This document shows, in pieces, positions 19,832 to 29,521 of a stretch of DNA of 64,000 nucleotides (positions within the stretch are counted from its first letter, which is position 1; the number at the start of each line of letters is the position of its first letter). Origin of the DNA: a virus; IMG/VR virus record IMGVR_UViG_3300045107_000413, positions 32,001-96,000 of that record. One strand, given 5' to 3'. The notes beneath the pieces were generated by a model. It had not been told where the DNA came from. It saw nothing but the letters and a program-made list of their open reading frames with translations, and searched no databases. A program made the position numbers and the translations under genes.

Positions 19832-20077
19832 ATGAAAGATGACGTGCGTGACGCATTAGGGAAAGCGGCATATGAGGCAATGCTTGCATATCGCAGGAAG
19901 ACGTACCATGCAGGTGACTTACCGCAATGGGACGCACTGGATGAAGATGACCGGGAAGAAAACCGATATGCAGCAGAGGCCGTGGTGAACAAGTTGGCAG
20001 AGATGCTCTTGCCTGTCATGGTCAATACCCTGCTCACGGCTTCACAGATAGCAGCAATAGTGAGGAGGATGGCATGA
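19832..20077 (+). CDS. Hypothetical protein
   Basis: AAGGAG RBS; counter-oriented insert. Confidence 0.55.
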   Translation: MKDDVRDALGKAAYEAMLAYRRKTYHAGDLPQWDALDEDDREENRYAAEAVVNKLAEMLLPVMVNTLLTASQIAAIVRRMA

Positions 20078-20382
20078 GTGAAGAGAGAGACAGCCACTTT
20101 GCAGGCTTTGCGCGCCTGCTTATTCCAGAACTGGATGCGCAAGTTGGAGCGGTCACGACGTGGGCAATGGAGCAAGGCGTCGATGATGAGCAAAAGATTG
20201 CGCAGGAACTCGCAGCCCGTTGGCGCCTGCTCCTTGCCCGCCGTGCCTATGATCTGGTAGAGCATGCCCTCAAGGAAGCCGAGGAACGTGACCTGTTTGC
20301 TGATGACCTTTATGGCCGCTTTCGCCTGAGTACCGGGGCGAAAATCAGTGAAATCCCTGACATGGGCGCCCTGCCTGACTAA
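20074..20382 (+). CDS. Hypothetical protein, paralog of 46158-46481
   Basis: Shared ERDSHFAGFAxLLI and RAYD motifs. Confidence 0.65.
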   Translation: MSEERDSHFAGFARLLIPELDAQVGAVTTWAMEQGVDDEQKIAQELAARWRLLLARRAYDLVEHALKEAEERDLFADDLYGRFRLSTGAKISEIPDMGALPD

Positions 20383-21086
20383 CTGCATTCCTTCACCGCC
20401 TTTTGCCCCGTGTGTGCCTGCCAGCGTTGGATAGTTGCTATACAGGCATCGGGGTCTATCTCCATTGCGTAGCAGGTGTATCCCATGCTCTGACAGACCA
20501 CAAGTACCGTGCCACCGCCACAAAACGGCTCATAGATAATCCCGTTCTCAGGAACAAATTTCAAGCAATAAATAGCCCATGAAACTGATTGTTCCCATTC
20601 ATGAAATTTCTTCTGCAAAGGCGCGTTCTCAAATCCGTCTCGCACAAAGCCACGACCTCGAGGCCATGAGCCATTCACCCACCAGACAATTGGCTTCCAC
20701 ATGATTTCTATACCCATTGCCATACGTGGATGAGAACCATTTGCTTGCCACATACTGATAAGCCAACGGTATTTGAGATGCTTGCCTACATCATTAAGAA
20801 CTTCTGGTATGAGGTAGTGGGGTACGATAGACAGGAAGCTCCCACCATCTTTCAAAAGACTCGGAAGGTGACTCGCTACACATCTGTAAAGATGGGCGTA
20901 TTCTCGAGGGTAAGGCGGGTCAGTGATACAGGCATCTGCCGTTTCCCCGCCCATCAGGCGCGTGACATCCTCACTATTCGTCGAGTCACCACAAAGCAGG
21001 CGGTGCCGTCCCAGTGCAAAGAGATCGCCGCGCTGTACTGTGACCGGTTCTGTCCACATATTCCCCTGTTGTGGTGTGCCTATCAT
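20379..21086 (-). CDS. DNA N6-adenine/N4-cytosine methyltransferase
   Basis: HRLLCGDS, ITDPPY and EPFCGGGT motifs. Confidence 0.88.
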   Translation of the reverse strand: MIGTPQQGNMWTEPVTVQRGDLFALGRHRLLCGDSTNSEDVTRLMGGETADACITDPPYPREYAHLYRCVASHLPSLLKDGGSFLSIVPHYLIPEVLNDVGKHLKYRWLISMWQANGSHPRMAMGIEIMWKPIVWWVNGSWPRGRGFVRDGFENAPLQKKFHEWEQSVSWAIYCLKFVPENGIIYEPFCGGGTVLVVCQSMGYTCYAMEIDPDACIATIQRWQAHTGQKAVKECS

Positions 21087-21106
21087 CCCACTTCCCCCTC
21101 CCTCTG

Positions 21107-23776
21107 CTAAATATTGCCGAATTGCGCGCGCAGCTTATCCCCCAGGTTGCGCGCCAGTTGACTGACCTCACTGCTGCTGCCTGATGCCATATTGACACTC
21201 ACGTTGAGCGTAACCGGGCCGTGCGTGATGTTCGTGGTGTGTGCCGCCTGCTGTGGGGCCTTAATCATGGCATTGAGTTGCGCCTGTAGTTGCGGTTGCG
21301 CCTGCTTCATGCCCTCTACAAAGCCCTTGACTGCGTTTTGCCCCCACTCGATGATGTGCTGGCCTTCCCCCATTTTGGCAGGAGAGTGGAAGCCCAGAAA
21401 GGAGGCAACGGTGGAGATGATATTTTTTGCGGCGTTACCCACGGCACCCACCATGCTCATGATACCCGAAATGAAGCCGGAGATCACATTTTTGCCCCAC
21501 GTGATAGCGATTGAGGCCAGATTACTAAACCAGGAAGAGATGTTGTGCCAGATGGAAGACAGCGCCCCGGAGATGCCCGCCCAGGCGGCGCTAAAGACGC
21601 CCGTGATGGCTGACCACGCCGACTGTACCAGTCCTTTGACCGTCCCCCACAGCGTAGTCCAGCCTGCCACCTGCTTTGCCCACCAGGCAGAAATGGCCCC
21701 CCACAGGGCAGAGAGGACAGCCATGATGGCCCCGGAGATAGCCGTCCAGATGGACTGGGCAAGACTCTTCAGATTGTTCCAGACCCCCGTAAGCCAGGTC
21801 ATGACGGCATTCCAGATGGTGACAATGCCCTTCCACTCCGTCTGTACCGCCGCCTGAATAGCCGTCGTGAGCGCCGTCCAGATGGCCTGTGCGCTGGTTT
21901 TGAGGTTCTGCCACGTGGTCGTCACCCAACTGACAATTGCCTTCCACGTGCTTTGCAGCCAGGTACTCACGCCCGTAATGACCGTGCGGATGCCGTTCAC
22001 CAGATCATGGAAATAATAGTTGTGGTTGTAGAGCCAGCTAAACCAGCCCACAACGGTCTGGATAGCTGTCTTGATGGCCCCGACGATATTGCCCCATACG
22101 CTCTTTGCCAGTGAGACGATGCCGCCCCAGACGCCCGCCAGGAAGGATTTCACCTGGTTCCAGTGCGTGACGATAAAAAGGACGGCCATGCCCACCGGGC
22201 CGATGATGACGGCTAGCAGGATGAGGGCGGCGACACGCACTATTTGTACAATTACTGACCAGGCGGCAGAAGCGGCAGATTGTATCCCCGACCAGATAGC
22301 ATGCATACGAGTACCCAGGCCAGAGAAGAAATTCCCGATAGCGGTGACGGCATTGTGCGCAAAGGTGCCAATAGCGGAGAAAATATTGCCGAAGAAGCTA
22401 GAGATGCCTGACCAGACGCCCTTGAGCCAGGCCGTGATTTGCCCCCAGTGCTGGATAGCCAGGATGAGCAGGGCAACGGCGGCAATGACTGCCAGGACAA
22501 TGGCCCACAGTGGCGCACCGGCAATAGTTACCGCAAGAAAGCCGCCCGCCATCGCAATGAGGGAGGGTACCACTGCTGCCAGGACAATCACGGCCAGCCC
22601 TGCCAGCACACCGCCCAATACGGCAAGCACGGGGGAGTTGGCTTGCAGCGTAGCAGCCCATTTCGCAAAATTCGTGATGAGCGGGGTGACGGCCCCCAGG
22701 ATTTTCCCCAGGACGGGCAAGAGTTTGGTGCCGATTTCAATGGCGGCGACCTGGACGGCGGCGCGCGCCTGATCCATCTTGAAGTTGAAGGTCTGCTGTA
22801 CCGCACTCCAACCAGCTACTGATCCCTTGTTGGCATTCATCACCCCCGACACGTTCTTCATGTTCGCCTCGAAGGTCTGCAAGTGCGTCCCGGTCAGGTC
22901 AAGCAACCCCTGCATTTGCTTGGAGCCGCCCGCAATGGCCTTGAGGGCCGCCACGTACTGCGGGGAGCCGACCTTGTAGGTCTGGGCTAAGTGCTGCATA
23001 ATCATGGAGAGCGCATCCGGCAGGCTCTTCTTCATCTCCGCGCTCACCTGACTGGTAGTGAGGCCAATGGCCTTGAGCGCATCCGAGCCTGCTTTGGCAG
23101 GGGCGGAGAGGGCAATCAAGAGCTGGCGCAAATAGGTCGCGGCGTTGGCAGCAGGCACGCCCTCCGCCGTCATGGTCGCCATCGCCGCCCCCACGTCAAT
23201 GAGATGCACCCCCACCGCAGAGGCGGTCGGCAGGATTTGCGACATGGAGCCTGCTAAGTCCTGCATCGTCGTCTTGCCGTTTTGCACGATGGCCGTCAGA
23301 AAGTTCATGGCCGTGGCCGCGTCCTTCGCCTTGATGCCGTAGTCCGTCATGACGGTGGTGAGGGCATTCGCCACGACAGCCAGGTCGGCATTACCGACCT
23401 TACTGCCCTCGGCTGCTACCCGCATCACCTCAAGGCCCGCCGCCCCGTGATAGCCCGCGCTCTCGATCATGAACATACCCTGGATAAGTTGCTGCGTGGA
23501 TGTACCCGTATCGACCGACATTTGCAGGAGGCTCTGCCCCACCATGCCGATGGCTTTGCTGGACTCACCCGCCCCCGTCACCAGCGTGGTGAGGCCACTC
23601 TGAAAATCTGCCGCCGCCTTGACGGAGTAGCCGACTGCCGCCCCGAAGGCCAGCAGCGCCGCCCCCGCCGCCATTGCCGCTGGTTGCACGGCGCTCATGT
23701 ACTGGCTGAATTGCTGCATCGCACCTGAAGCGTTGTTTTGTGCATTAATGATGATACGCAACGTAATATCTGGCAT
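21107..23776 (-). CDS. Tail tape measure protein
   Basis: TP901-type N-terminal region, TM stretch, Trp-periodic helical repeats, FHSPAK motif. Confidence 0.92.
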   Translation of the reverse strand: MPDITLRIIINAQNNASGAMQQFSQYMSAVQPAAMAAGAALLAFGAAVGYSVKAAADFQSGLTTLVTGAGESSKAIGMVGQSLLQMSVDTGTSTQQLIQGMFMIESAGYHGAAGLEVMRVAAEGSKVGNADLAVVANALTTVMTDYGIKAKDAATAMNFLTAIVQNGKTTMQDLAGSMSQILPTASAVGVHLIDVGAAMATMTAEGVPAANAATYLRQLLIALSAPAKAGSDALKAIGLTTSQVSAEMKKSLPDALSMIMQHLAQTYKVGSPQYVAALKAIAGGSKQMQGLLDLTGTHLQTFEANMKNVSGVMNANKGSVAGWSAVQQTFNFKMDQARAAVQVAAIEIGTKLLPVLGKILGAVTPLITNFAKWAATLQANSPVLAVLGGVLAGLAVIVLAAVVPSLIAMAGGFLAVTIAGAPLWAIVLAVIAAVALLILAIQHWGQITAWLKGVWSGISSFFGNIFSAIGTFAHNAVTAIGNFFSGLGTRMHAIWSGIQSAASAAWSVIVQIVRVAALILLAVIIGPVGMAVLFIVTHWNQVKSFLAGVWGGIVSLAKSVWGNIVGAIKTAIQTVVGWFSWLYNHNYYFHDLVNGIRTVITGVSTWLQSTWKAIVSWVTTTWQNLKTSAQAIWTALTTAIQAAVQTEWKGIVTIWNAVMTWLTGVWNNLKSLAQSIWTAISGAIMAVLSALWGAISAWWAKQVAGWTTLWGTVKGLVQSAWSAITGVFSAAWAGISGALSSIWHNISSWFSNLASIAITWGKNVISGFISGIMSMVGAVGNAAKNIISTVASFLGFHSPAKMGEGQHIIEWGQNAVKGFVEGMKQAQPQLQAQLNAMIKAPQQAAHTTNITHGPVTLNVSVNMASGSSSEVSQLARNLGDKLRAQFGNI

Positions 23777-23809
23777 TATTTCTGTACTTTCATAGGAATA
23801 CTACCAGAC

Positions 23810-24474
23810 CTACCCCACGCTGATTTTGCGTCCACCACCTGCTCCACCATCCTCACCACTTCCCTTGCGCTTCATGTCCTCAATCTCTGCCTGCTGCTGC
23901 GCGTAGAGTTCATACTCGTACTCATTGCGCGCCACGAGATACATCCGTACCCGCCGTACCAGTCTATCGGGGGGCGGCTTGCCGTAAATGTCGCGGTAGC
24001 CTGCAAAGGCATTCCACACCTGGATTTCCAGGGCTTCCGTTACGGGGTCGTCATCGTCGCTGCACTCGTTCCTGACGAACCTCTGGCAGAGGGCAAAAAA
24101 GCTTTATCTTGCTCCTCCGTATCCGGGTTGAGGTCATTGATGACGGCAATGACAAAGGCGGAAAGCCGGTCACTCATGCGCTCAATCGTCTGCTCGGAGA
24201 GCGGGATGGGTACCTGTTGCCCGCTCTGTTTGTCCAGTTTCGTGCGGTGCCACGCCACAATCATGCGCTTGAGCAGGGCAAGGTTGACGTTGCCGGGCGT
24301 CAAGTCCATCTGCGGGTTCTTCTGGCTCCCTGTCACCGTTGAGGCGTGGTTCATTATCCAGGCCCGGTCTGCCGCGCTCATCTCCGCCTTGACCTGAATG
24401 TACTCATGAGGCGCAAGCGGCCCGCCCGTAATCGTGTAGAGGTCTTCGTCGTCGTATGGTTGACTGTAATTCAT
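23810..24474 (-). CDS. Tail assembly chaperone (24040-24474) with -1 frameshift extension to 23810
   Basis: Immediately upstream of the tape measure gene; slippery T TTT TTG at 24094-24100; -1 frame open into ORF 23810-24019. Confidence 0.8.
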
Positions 24475-24499
24475 AGGGTTCTCCTTTATGGCTGTGTTG

Positions 24500-24880
24500 T
24501 TACATCGTGCCAACTTGCGCCCGTAACTGCTCAGAAAGCCGCCCGCAGGCTTCCTGCTCTGCCTGCACCTGCTCGGCATGAACGCCACAGGCGCGCGCCG
24601 CCTCCTCCATTTGTCCCGCCACGAGCGCAAGCAGCGTGCCGCCCGTGCCATGCAAGAGCGCAAGGGCGTACTCCCGCGCCAAATCAAGGGCGCGCTCAGG
24701 GGCAAAGCCCGTTCTGAGTAGCGTTGCCAGGTACTCCTCAAGGGAAAGCGGTGTCTGTTGCATATGTTTCCCCTCAGAGGGTTGCGCACACCCTGCATTC
24801 AGGTTCAGGAAGATATCTCTTGTTGAGCGTGAGACGAGCATGGATTGCTCCGTCTCTTTGCCGCAGTGGGGACACATCAT
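24500..24880 (-). CDS. Hypothetical protein with N-terminal CPHCG
   Basis: ORF between tail tube and chaperone genes. Confidence 0.5.
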   Translation of the reverse strand: MMCPHCGKETEQSMLVSRSTRDIFLNLNAGCAQPSEGKHMQQTPLSLEEYLATLLRTGFAPERALDLAREYALALLHGTGGTLLALVAGQMEEAARACGVHAEQVQAEQEACGRLSEQLRAQVGTM

Positions 24881-25035
24881 AGGAAGCCTCTTTCTTTTTG
24901 TGGAATAGGATAAAAGGGCATGAAGTTGCATGGGAAGCGGGTTTGTGGTATACTGTAGAAAAGATGTTCGCCAGCAGGGGCGTTGGTAGCACCCCTGCTA
25001 ACTAGACAACGAACCTGAAGTGGAGGCTCATTGCC

Positions 25036-25713
25036 ATGTCTGATAGTATACCTTCTGATACCCCGCAAGACAATCATACCCCGAAAACAACATATATCTA
25101 CATCCTGAGAGACCCCGAAACAAATGCTATTCGCTATGTCGGCAAAGCCGATAATCTTGAGAAGCGTTTGCAAAGACATCTTCAAAAGGATGTTGATTCG
25201 CACCGTTCGCGTTGGGTGAATAGCCTGAAGCGGCGTGGTCTCAAACCAGTTATTGAACTGGTTGAGGAAGTGCCATATGACCAGTGGCCTGAACGGGAAC
25301 GCTACTGGATTGCCCGCTTTCGCGCTCAAGGTTGTGACCTCACAAACACCGCAACCGGCGGCAATGGTGGCAGTGGCCCCGTCTCTCCTGAAGTTCGCGC
25401 CAAGATTTCTGCCGCAAATAAGGGGCGCAAATTTCCACCTATGTCAGAAGAGACCCGACGTAAGATGAGTGAATCCCGTAAGGGGCGTAAGAACTCCCCT
25501 GAAGCTATTGCAAAAACGGCGGCTGCTCTAAGAGGCAGGAAAGCCTCACCAGAGACCCGTGCAAAACTCTCAATGGCGCATAAGGGGCAGATTCCAACTT
25601 TCGGAAAGGGTGCTAAGCATACCCCTGAAACACGTGCTAAGATGTCTTTGAGCAAGAGACAGAAACGTTTCATGCGTGAAAATCCTCCCGATAGCCCTAC
25701 TCTATGGAATTAG
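25036..25713 (+). CDS. GIY-YIG homing endonuclease with NUMOD3 repeats
   Basis: YIYILRDP...RYVGK..R...H; repeated SPETRAKxS motifs. Confidence 0.85.
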   Translation: MSDSIPSDTPQDNHTPKTTYIYILRDPETNAIRYVGKADNLEKRLQRHLQKDVDSHRSRWVNSLKRRGLKPVIELVEEVPYDQWPERERYWIARFRAQGCDLTNTATGGNGGSGPVSPEVRAKISAANKGRKFPPMSEETRRKMSESRKGRKNSPEAIAKTAAALRGRKASPETRAKLSMAHKGQIPTFGKGAKHTPETRAKMSLSKRQKRFMRENPPDSPTLWN

Positions 25714-25723
25714 ACTATACATG

Positions 25724-27394
25724 CTATGATGTATAGGTAGGTGGAATTTGTGAAGTCATACTCATCTGGAAAGCATAACCCAACTCTGTCAATGAGTACT
25801 CTGTAATGTACTTGTAGGTCACCTCGACCGGGTCCTTGCCCCGGTCACTTTTTGCCGACTCCACCTTGACCGGGAAGGTGAACTTGATGCCCTCGTAGTA
25901 GGTACTACTCCCGTAGGAGCCAAGCAGCGTCCCCTGAAACTGCACGCCGAGCGCGAACTTATTGTTCTGCTCAAAAAATGTGCGGTAATTGCCGTAGTTC
26001 TGATAAATCGCTACGGCATCCAGGTCCACGCTCGGCTCCCCGCCATAGGTCATGGCCGACCAGCGTTGCATGCCGTCCCCACTATAGAAGCCCTTGAGGC
26101 CGGTAGAAATGGCAATCTTGAGGCTAATAAATGAGCCGTCCTGCGTCGTGAAGGGCGTGCCAGGCAGGGCATCTACCCAGAACTGCGCCGGGAAGCCCGG
26201 CCAGGGCATGGCCGTTGGCTGCGCAAGGGTGGCAAAAGGGTTGGTACCGGAGGGGTAGTTGCTGACCGGGTTAGGGTCGCCTACAATCAAAAAGTCCTGC
26301 GCCTCCCCCTTGCCGGAAAACGTCAACTCTTTTTCCTTCTCCCAACTGAATGTCCCTTCAGAAAGGTAGCAAAAGGGCATGACCACGCCCTGCACGCCGT
26401 CGAAGAGTTCGATGGTCGCGGTACTCTTGGCCGTGTTGGTCAGGCCATCCCACGTGCCGGTGTACGTCCAGGCAAAGACGCCGGTTACGGCAATGGTTGC
26501 CCCCACCGATAAGCCTGTCGTGGTGAACTGGTTTGCGCCGGGGGAGGTGAGGGCGCTGTAGCGTTTGGTCGAGTAGACCGTGTTGTTATTGGCTGCGACT
26601 GGCACGGTTTCACTCACCGTATTGCCGTAGTTATCCTTGCCGGACAGCGTGATCGTGCCGGTGGCGCTGTTTCCGGTCAGGGCGAAGATCAAAAACATGC
26701 CGGGAGAGGACGGCGCGCTGGTCAGCGTCATGGTGGACGCCTTTGTCGTGGCCGCAAGCAAGGTCGGCGGGGCGGCTGGCACCGTCGTGACGGTCGGGTT
26801 GCTCGTAATGAGCATGTACAGCAGCCAGAGTTGATCGGCGTAGACCGATTGATCGAGTTTGTCCAGCGTTGCCCAGCGGTGCGTCTGCTGCACGCGGAAG
26901 TCTTTCCAGAGAATGCCGCGCCGGTCAGAGGGCGAAAATCTACCGATATGCTCTTCCGCATCGGCCTCACAGGGGATGAGGTACTTGCCGGCGGGACTGG
27001 CAAAGACCATCACCTGGCAGGGCAAGAGGCCCGCAGAGAGCGCGAGGCCGGAGGCACTCACCGTCAGGAACGCCTCTGTCGTGGTAAACTCGACAAAGCC
27101 CTGCGCGTTCTGCGGGGCGGCTGCCAGGTGATAGGTCTGTGACGTGAGCGGGGAACCGGCCACGTTCGTCCCCGTGATGATGACATTCCCGGAGCCGGGA
27201 TTGCCGATGATGTAGACGTGCAGGTGCGCCCCCGTCGTTGCCATGCCTGCCTGATTCGGCTGCGTGGTCAGGCTCATCGTCGCCGCCCCTGCCGTCTCTG
27301 CTAACAGTAATTGTTCCCCCTGGTTCTGTTCCAGCGTGAGCCGCACCTGTTGCGGGATACCGGAAAAACCCTGTACGGTTGGTGGATAGGGCAT
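25724..27394 (-). CDS. Putative major tail (tube) protein
   Basis: Position between neck genes and chaperone; T/G/S-rich beta-type sequence. Confidence 0.65.
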   Translation of the reverse strand: MPYPPTVQGFSGIPQQVRLTLEQNQGEQLLLAETAGAATMSLTTQPNQAGMATTGAHLHVYIIGNPGSGNVIITGTNVAGSPLTSQTYHLAAAPQNAQGFVEFTTTEAFLTVSASGLALSAGLLPCQVMVFASPAGKYLIPCEADAEEHIGRFSPSDRRGILWKDFRVQQTHRWATLDKLDQSVYADQLWLLYMLITSNPTVTTVPAAPPTLLAATTKASTMTLTSAPSSPGMFLIFALTGNSATGTITLSGKDNYGNTVSETVPVAANNNTVYSTKRYSALTSPGANQFTTTGLSVGATIAVTGVFAWTYTGTWDGLTNTAKSTATIELFDGVQGVVMPFCYLSEGTFSWEKEKELTFSGKGEAQDFLIVGDPNPVSNYPSGTNPFATLAQPTAMPWPGFPAQFWVDALPGTPFTTQDGSFISLKIAISTGLKGFYSGDGMQRWSAMTYGGEPSVDLDAVAIYQNYGNYRTFFEQNNKFALGVQFQGTLLGSYGSSTYYEGIKFTFPVKVESAKSDRGKDPVEVTYKYITEYSLTELGYAFQMSMTSQIPPTYTS

Positions 27395-27460
27395 TGTCTA
27401 ACTTCCTCTCATCCCCACTACTCTCCTCATCCTCACCCACTGAGGAAGAAACACTTGTGT

Positions 27461-27700
27461 CTACTCGCCCGCAGTTTGCCCCGCTACAGTCTCAGGGGCG
27501 GGCGGCGTGCGTCCCTCGATTGCCCCGGAGGTCTCTGCGTCCTGCCCGCTTGCCTCACCCGCTTGCGGCGCTGGCAGTATCTCCGTCGCCGTGCGCGCGT
27601 CGTAGTCCACCAGAAAGGTGCCGGGGCCGTGCGAGGCTCCAGGAATACCGGGGAGCGGCCCCGGTGAAACCAGCGTTACCGTCTCTTGCATAGATATCAC
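27461..27700 (-). CDS. Small neck/tail hypothetical protein
   Basis: Co-oriented ORF, tight spacing. Confidence 0.5.
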   Translation of the reverse strand: MISMQETVTLVSPGPLPGIPGASHGPGTFLVDYDARTATEILPAPQAGEASGQDAETSGAIEGRTPPAPETVAGQTAGE

Positions 27701-27701
27701 C

Positions 27702-28211
27702 TCAAGGGATACTGAGCAAAATGTTGTACTGTTGTTTGACTAAAACTGTAAAATTCCACAATAAATAGACGCGGCCATTGGGAAAGCGCGATGGTACTGC
27801 CTGATCGGTCTGCCCGTTGTCTTCTAAAAGTGAGAAGACGGAGGCAATGGGCTGACTCGGATTATTCGGGTCAGGCACCATGACGTGACTGGCAAAGGTC
27901 GGCAGCACAATGTCCTGCGCCGTGAGCATGCTCACCATCGCGGCTTCAGAGTCCTGTTCGTACTCCCAACCGGAGGTCATCTTAAACATCACCTCATCCT
28001 GCACGCGCCAGCCGATTTGCGTGCCACCTGACCCCATATGCGCCACTTTGCCGCGTGGGTCAACGACTTCCACAAAACTGCTGTAGGGCGTCGGGTCAAA
28101 AACTGCTCCGAGTTTTGCGATACCGTAGACGGGCTGGTTCGTCGCCGGGTTGATGATGCCCTGCAAGAGCAGCACTAACCCCTGCCCGATAGCGAGCCGG
28201 TTACTAGCCAT
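27702..28211 (-). CDS. Putative tail terminator/completion protein
   Basis: Synteny and size. Confidence 0.55.
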   Translation of the reverse strand: MASNRLAIGQGLVLLLQGIINPATNQPVYGIAKLGAVFDPTPYSSFVEVVDPRGKVAHMGSGGTQIGWRVQDEVMFKMTSGWEYEQDSEAAMVSMLTAQDIVLPTFASHVMVPDPNNPSQPIASVFSLLEDNGQTDQAVPSRFPNGRVYLLWNFTVLVKQQYNILLSIP

Positions 28212-28620
28212 AAGCAATGCGTCCAAGTGCAGTTTCTACTGCTATCTCCACATCCGTCAGCACCGCCTGCTGGTTAGCATTCATGGCAGGGATGAGATAC
28301 GGCTCTGCCGGGTCATTGGGGAATACCCTGCCCAGTGCATCTGGGCCATGAAAAGAGAACTCTCGCCTGTGTCCATAGGGAACGCCCACACTGACCTGTA
28401 TCTCATAGCGACTATCAGGGACAACTTCAATAGACCCCGCCAGTGTCCCCTGCGGGTTCCTGAATGCAGACCAGGTATTGGCAACGGCGGCGTTCTTTAC
28501 CGTCTCCGCCCCCTTTAGCAATGCCGCCTGCACGGCAGGGGAAAGATAGGCTTCCCAACCTGAGAAGCGCGCAATCTCTGCGAGGGATTGCGGGTCGAGT
28601 GATACACTCCACGGCCCCAT
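28204..28620 (-). CDS. Neck/tail component (HK97 gp10-like)
   Basis: GTLAGSI...VGVPYG..REF...AEPYLIPAM pattern. Confidence 0.7.
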   Translation of the reverse strand: MGPWSVSLDPQSLAEIARFSGWEAYLSPAVQAALLKGAETVKNAAVANTWSAFRNPQGTLAGSIEVVPDSRYEIQVSVGVPYGHRREFSFHGPDALGRVFPNDPAEPYLIPAMNANQQAVLTDVEIAVETALGRIAYG

Positions 28621-28636
28621 CTGTTCCTATCCTTCC

Positions 28637-28768
28637 CTAGCCCCCACTACAGCGCGACGTGGTGCTGCGGGAGGAGGAACTACTCGACTTGCGTGAGGCC
28701 GTTGAGCGTGAGGCCGAGGAAGACGACTTGCGACTCGTGGTGGAGCGCGAGGTGCTACTACAGGCCAT
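28637..28768 (-). CDS. 43-aa Ser/Thr/Arg-rich peptide (absent from the ORF track)
   Basis: MACSSTSRSTTSRKSSSSASRSTASRKSSSSSSRSTTSRCSGG; AAAGGA RBS; fills the gap between co-oriented genes. Confidence 0.6.
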   Translation of the reverse strand: MACSSTSRSTTSRKSSSSASRSTASRKSSSSSSRSTTSRCSGG

Positions 28769-28926
28769 GTTCGTGCGTCCTTTCTTTCAGGTTCATTTCG
28801 ATGTTGATGATAAACAACTGGACGGCATAGACCGCCAGGATGACGATGAGGCCAAGTGAGATACCTGCCCGTAACTCCCTGCACAGGTGGCAGGAGGGCC
28901 AGAACATATCTTTCATCTCCATAGGG

Positions 28927-29196
28927 TTACACTTTCTCAATCCAGTGCCACGTGTGATGTATAGTACCTGCCGCATCATAGTGCGCCGATGTTGCCCAGA
29001 AGAGGCCCGGCGGGGAGACAATTCCCAGGATAGCCCCGGCGTCATTGGTACCGTCGGCAAAGACGATGAGATTGACCATGCCATCACTGCCAGTAACATG
29101 CGGGTCACTCCAATCCCGCACCACAATCGCGGGTCGGTGCTGCCCGTTGGAGAGGACGTAATGCACAATACGCCCTGCTATGAGTCCATCCATCAT
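28927..29196 (-). CDS. Phage hypothetical protein
   Basis: GRIVHYVL...RPAIVV...VNLIVFADG...TWHW pattern; AAGGAG RBS. Confidence 0.65.
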   Translation of the reverse strand: MMDGLIAGRIVHYVLSNGQHRPAIVVRDWSDPHVTGSDGMVNLIVFADGTNDAGAILGIVSPPGLFWATSAHYDAAGTIHHTWHWIEKV

Positions 29197-29206
29197 CTTT
29201 CTCCTT

Positions 29207-29506
29207 CTAGGGCGTGACGCCCGTATACTGACTGACTCTGGATTCCCAATGCGTCGAGTAGACGGCGGCGCGCCCAAACACGCTGTACATGACCTTGCTC
29301 GTCTGGTCAATCAGGTAATCCCCGCGCTCTGGGATGCTCTCTGCAAAGTCAGGCGCATCACAGTAGACCTCAAGGCTATCGGTGGGGATTAGCCCGCCCG
29401 CGTTCATGACCAGTTCGATGTTGACCGTATCTATTTGTACCGGAACATCCCGTGCAATGATGCGCCCGTTGCGCTGAAGTGATATGGTATTCGTCACAAA
29501 TGCCAT
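29207..29506 (-). CDS. Putative head closure protein
   Basis: Synteny after the adaptor gene; about 100 aa. Confidence 0.55.
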   Translation of the reverse strand: MAFVTNTISLQRNGRIIARDVPVQIDTVNIELVMNAGGLIPTDSLEVYCDAPDFAESIPERGDYLIDQTSKVMYSVFGRAAVYSTHWESRVSQYTGVTP

Positions 29507-29521
29507 TACTGCCCACTCCTC

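Noticed and set aside
25161-25170. Possible self-target of the first array unit (gaagcgtttg)
   Set aside because: The match ends after 10 nt, near chance level; a systematic paired-spacer search could not be done by eye
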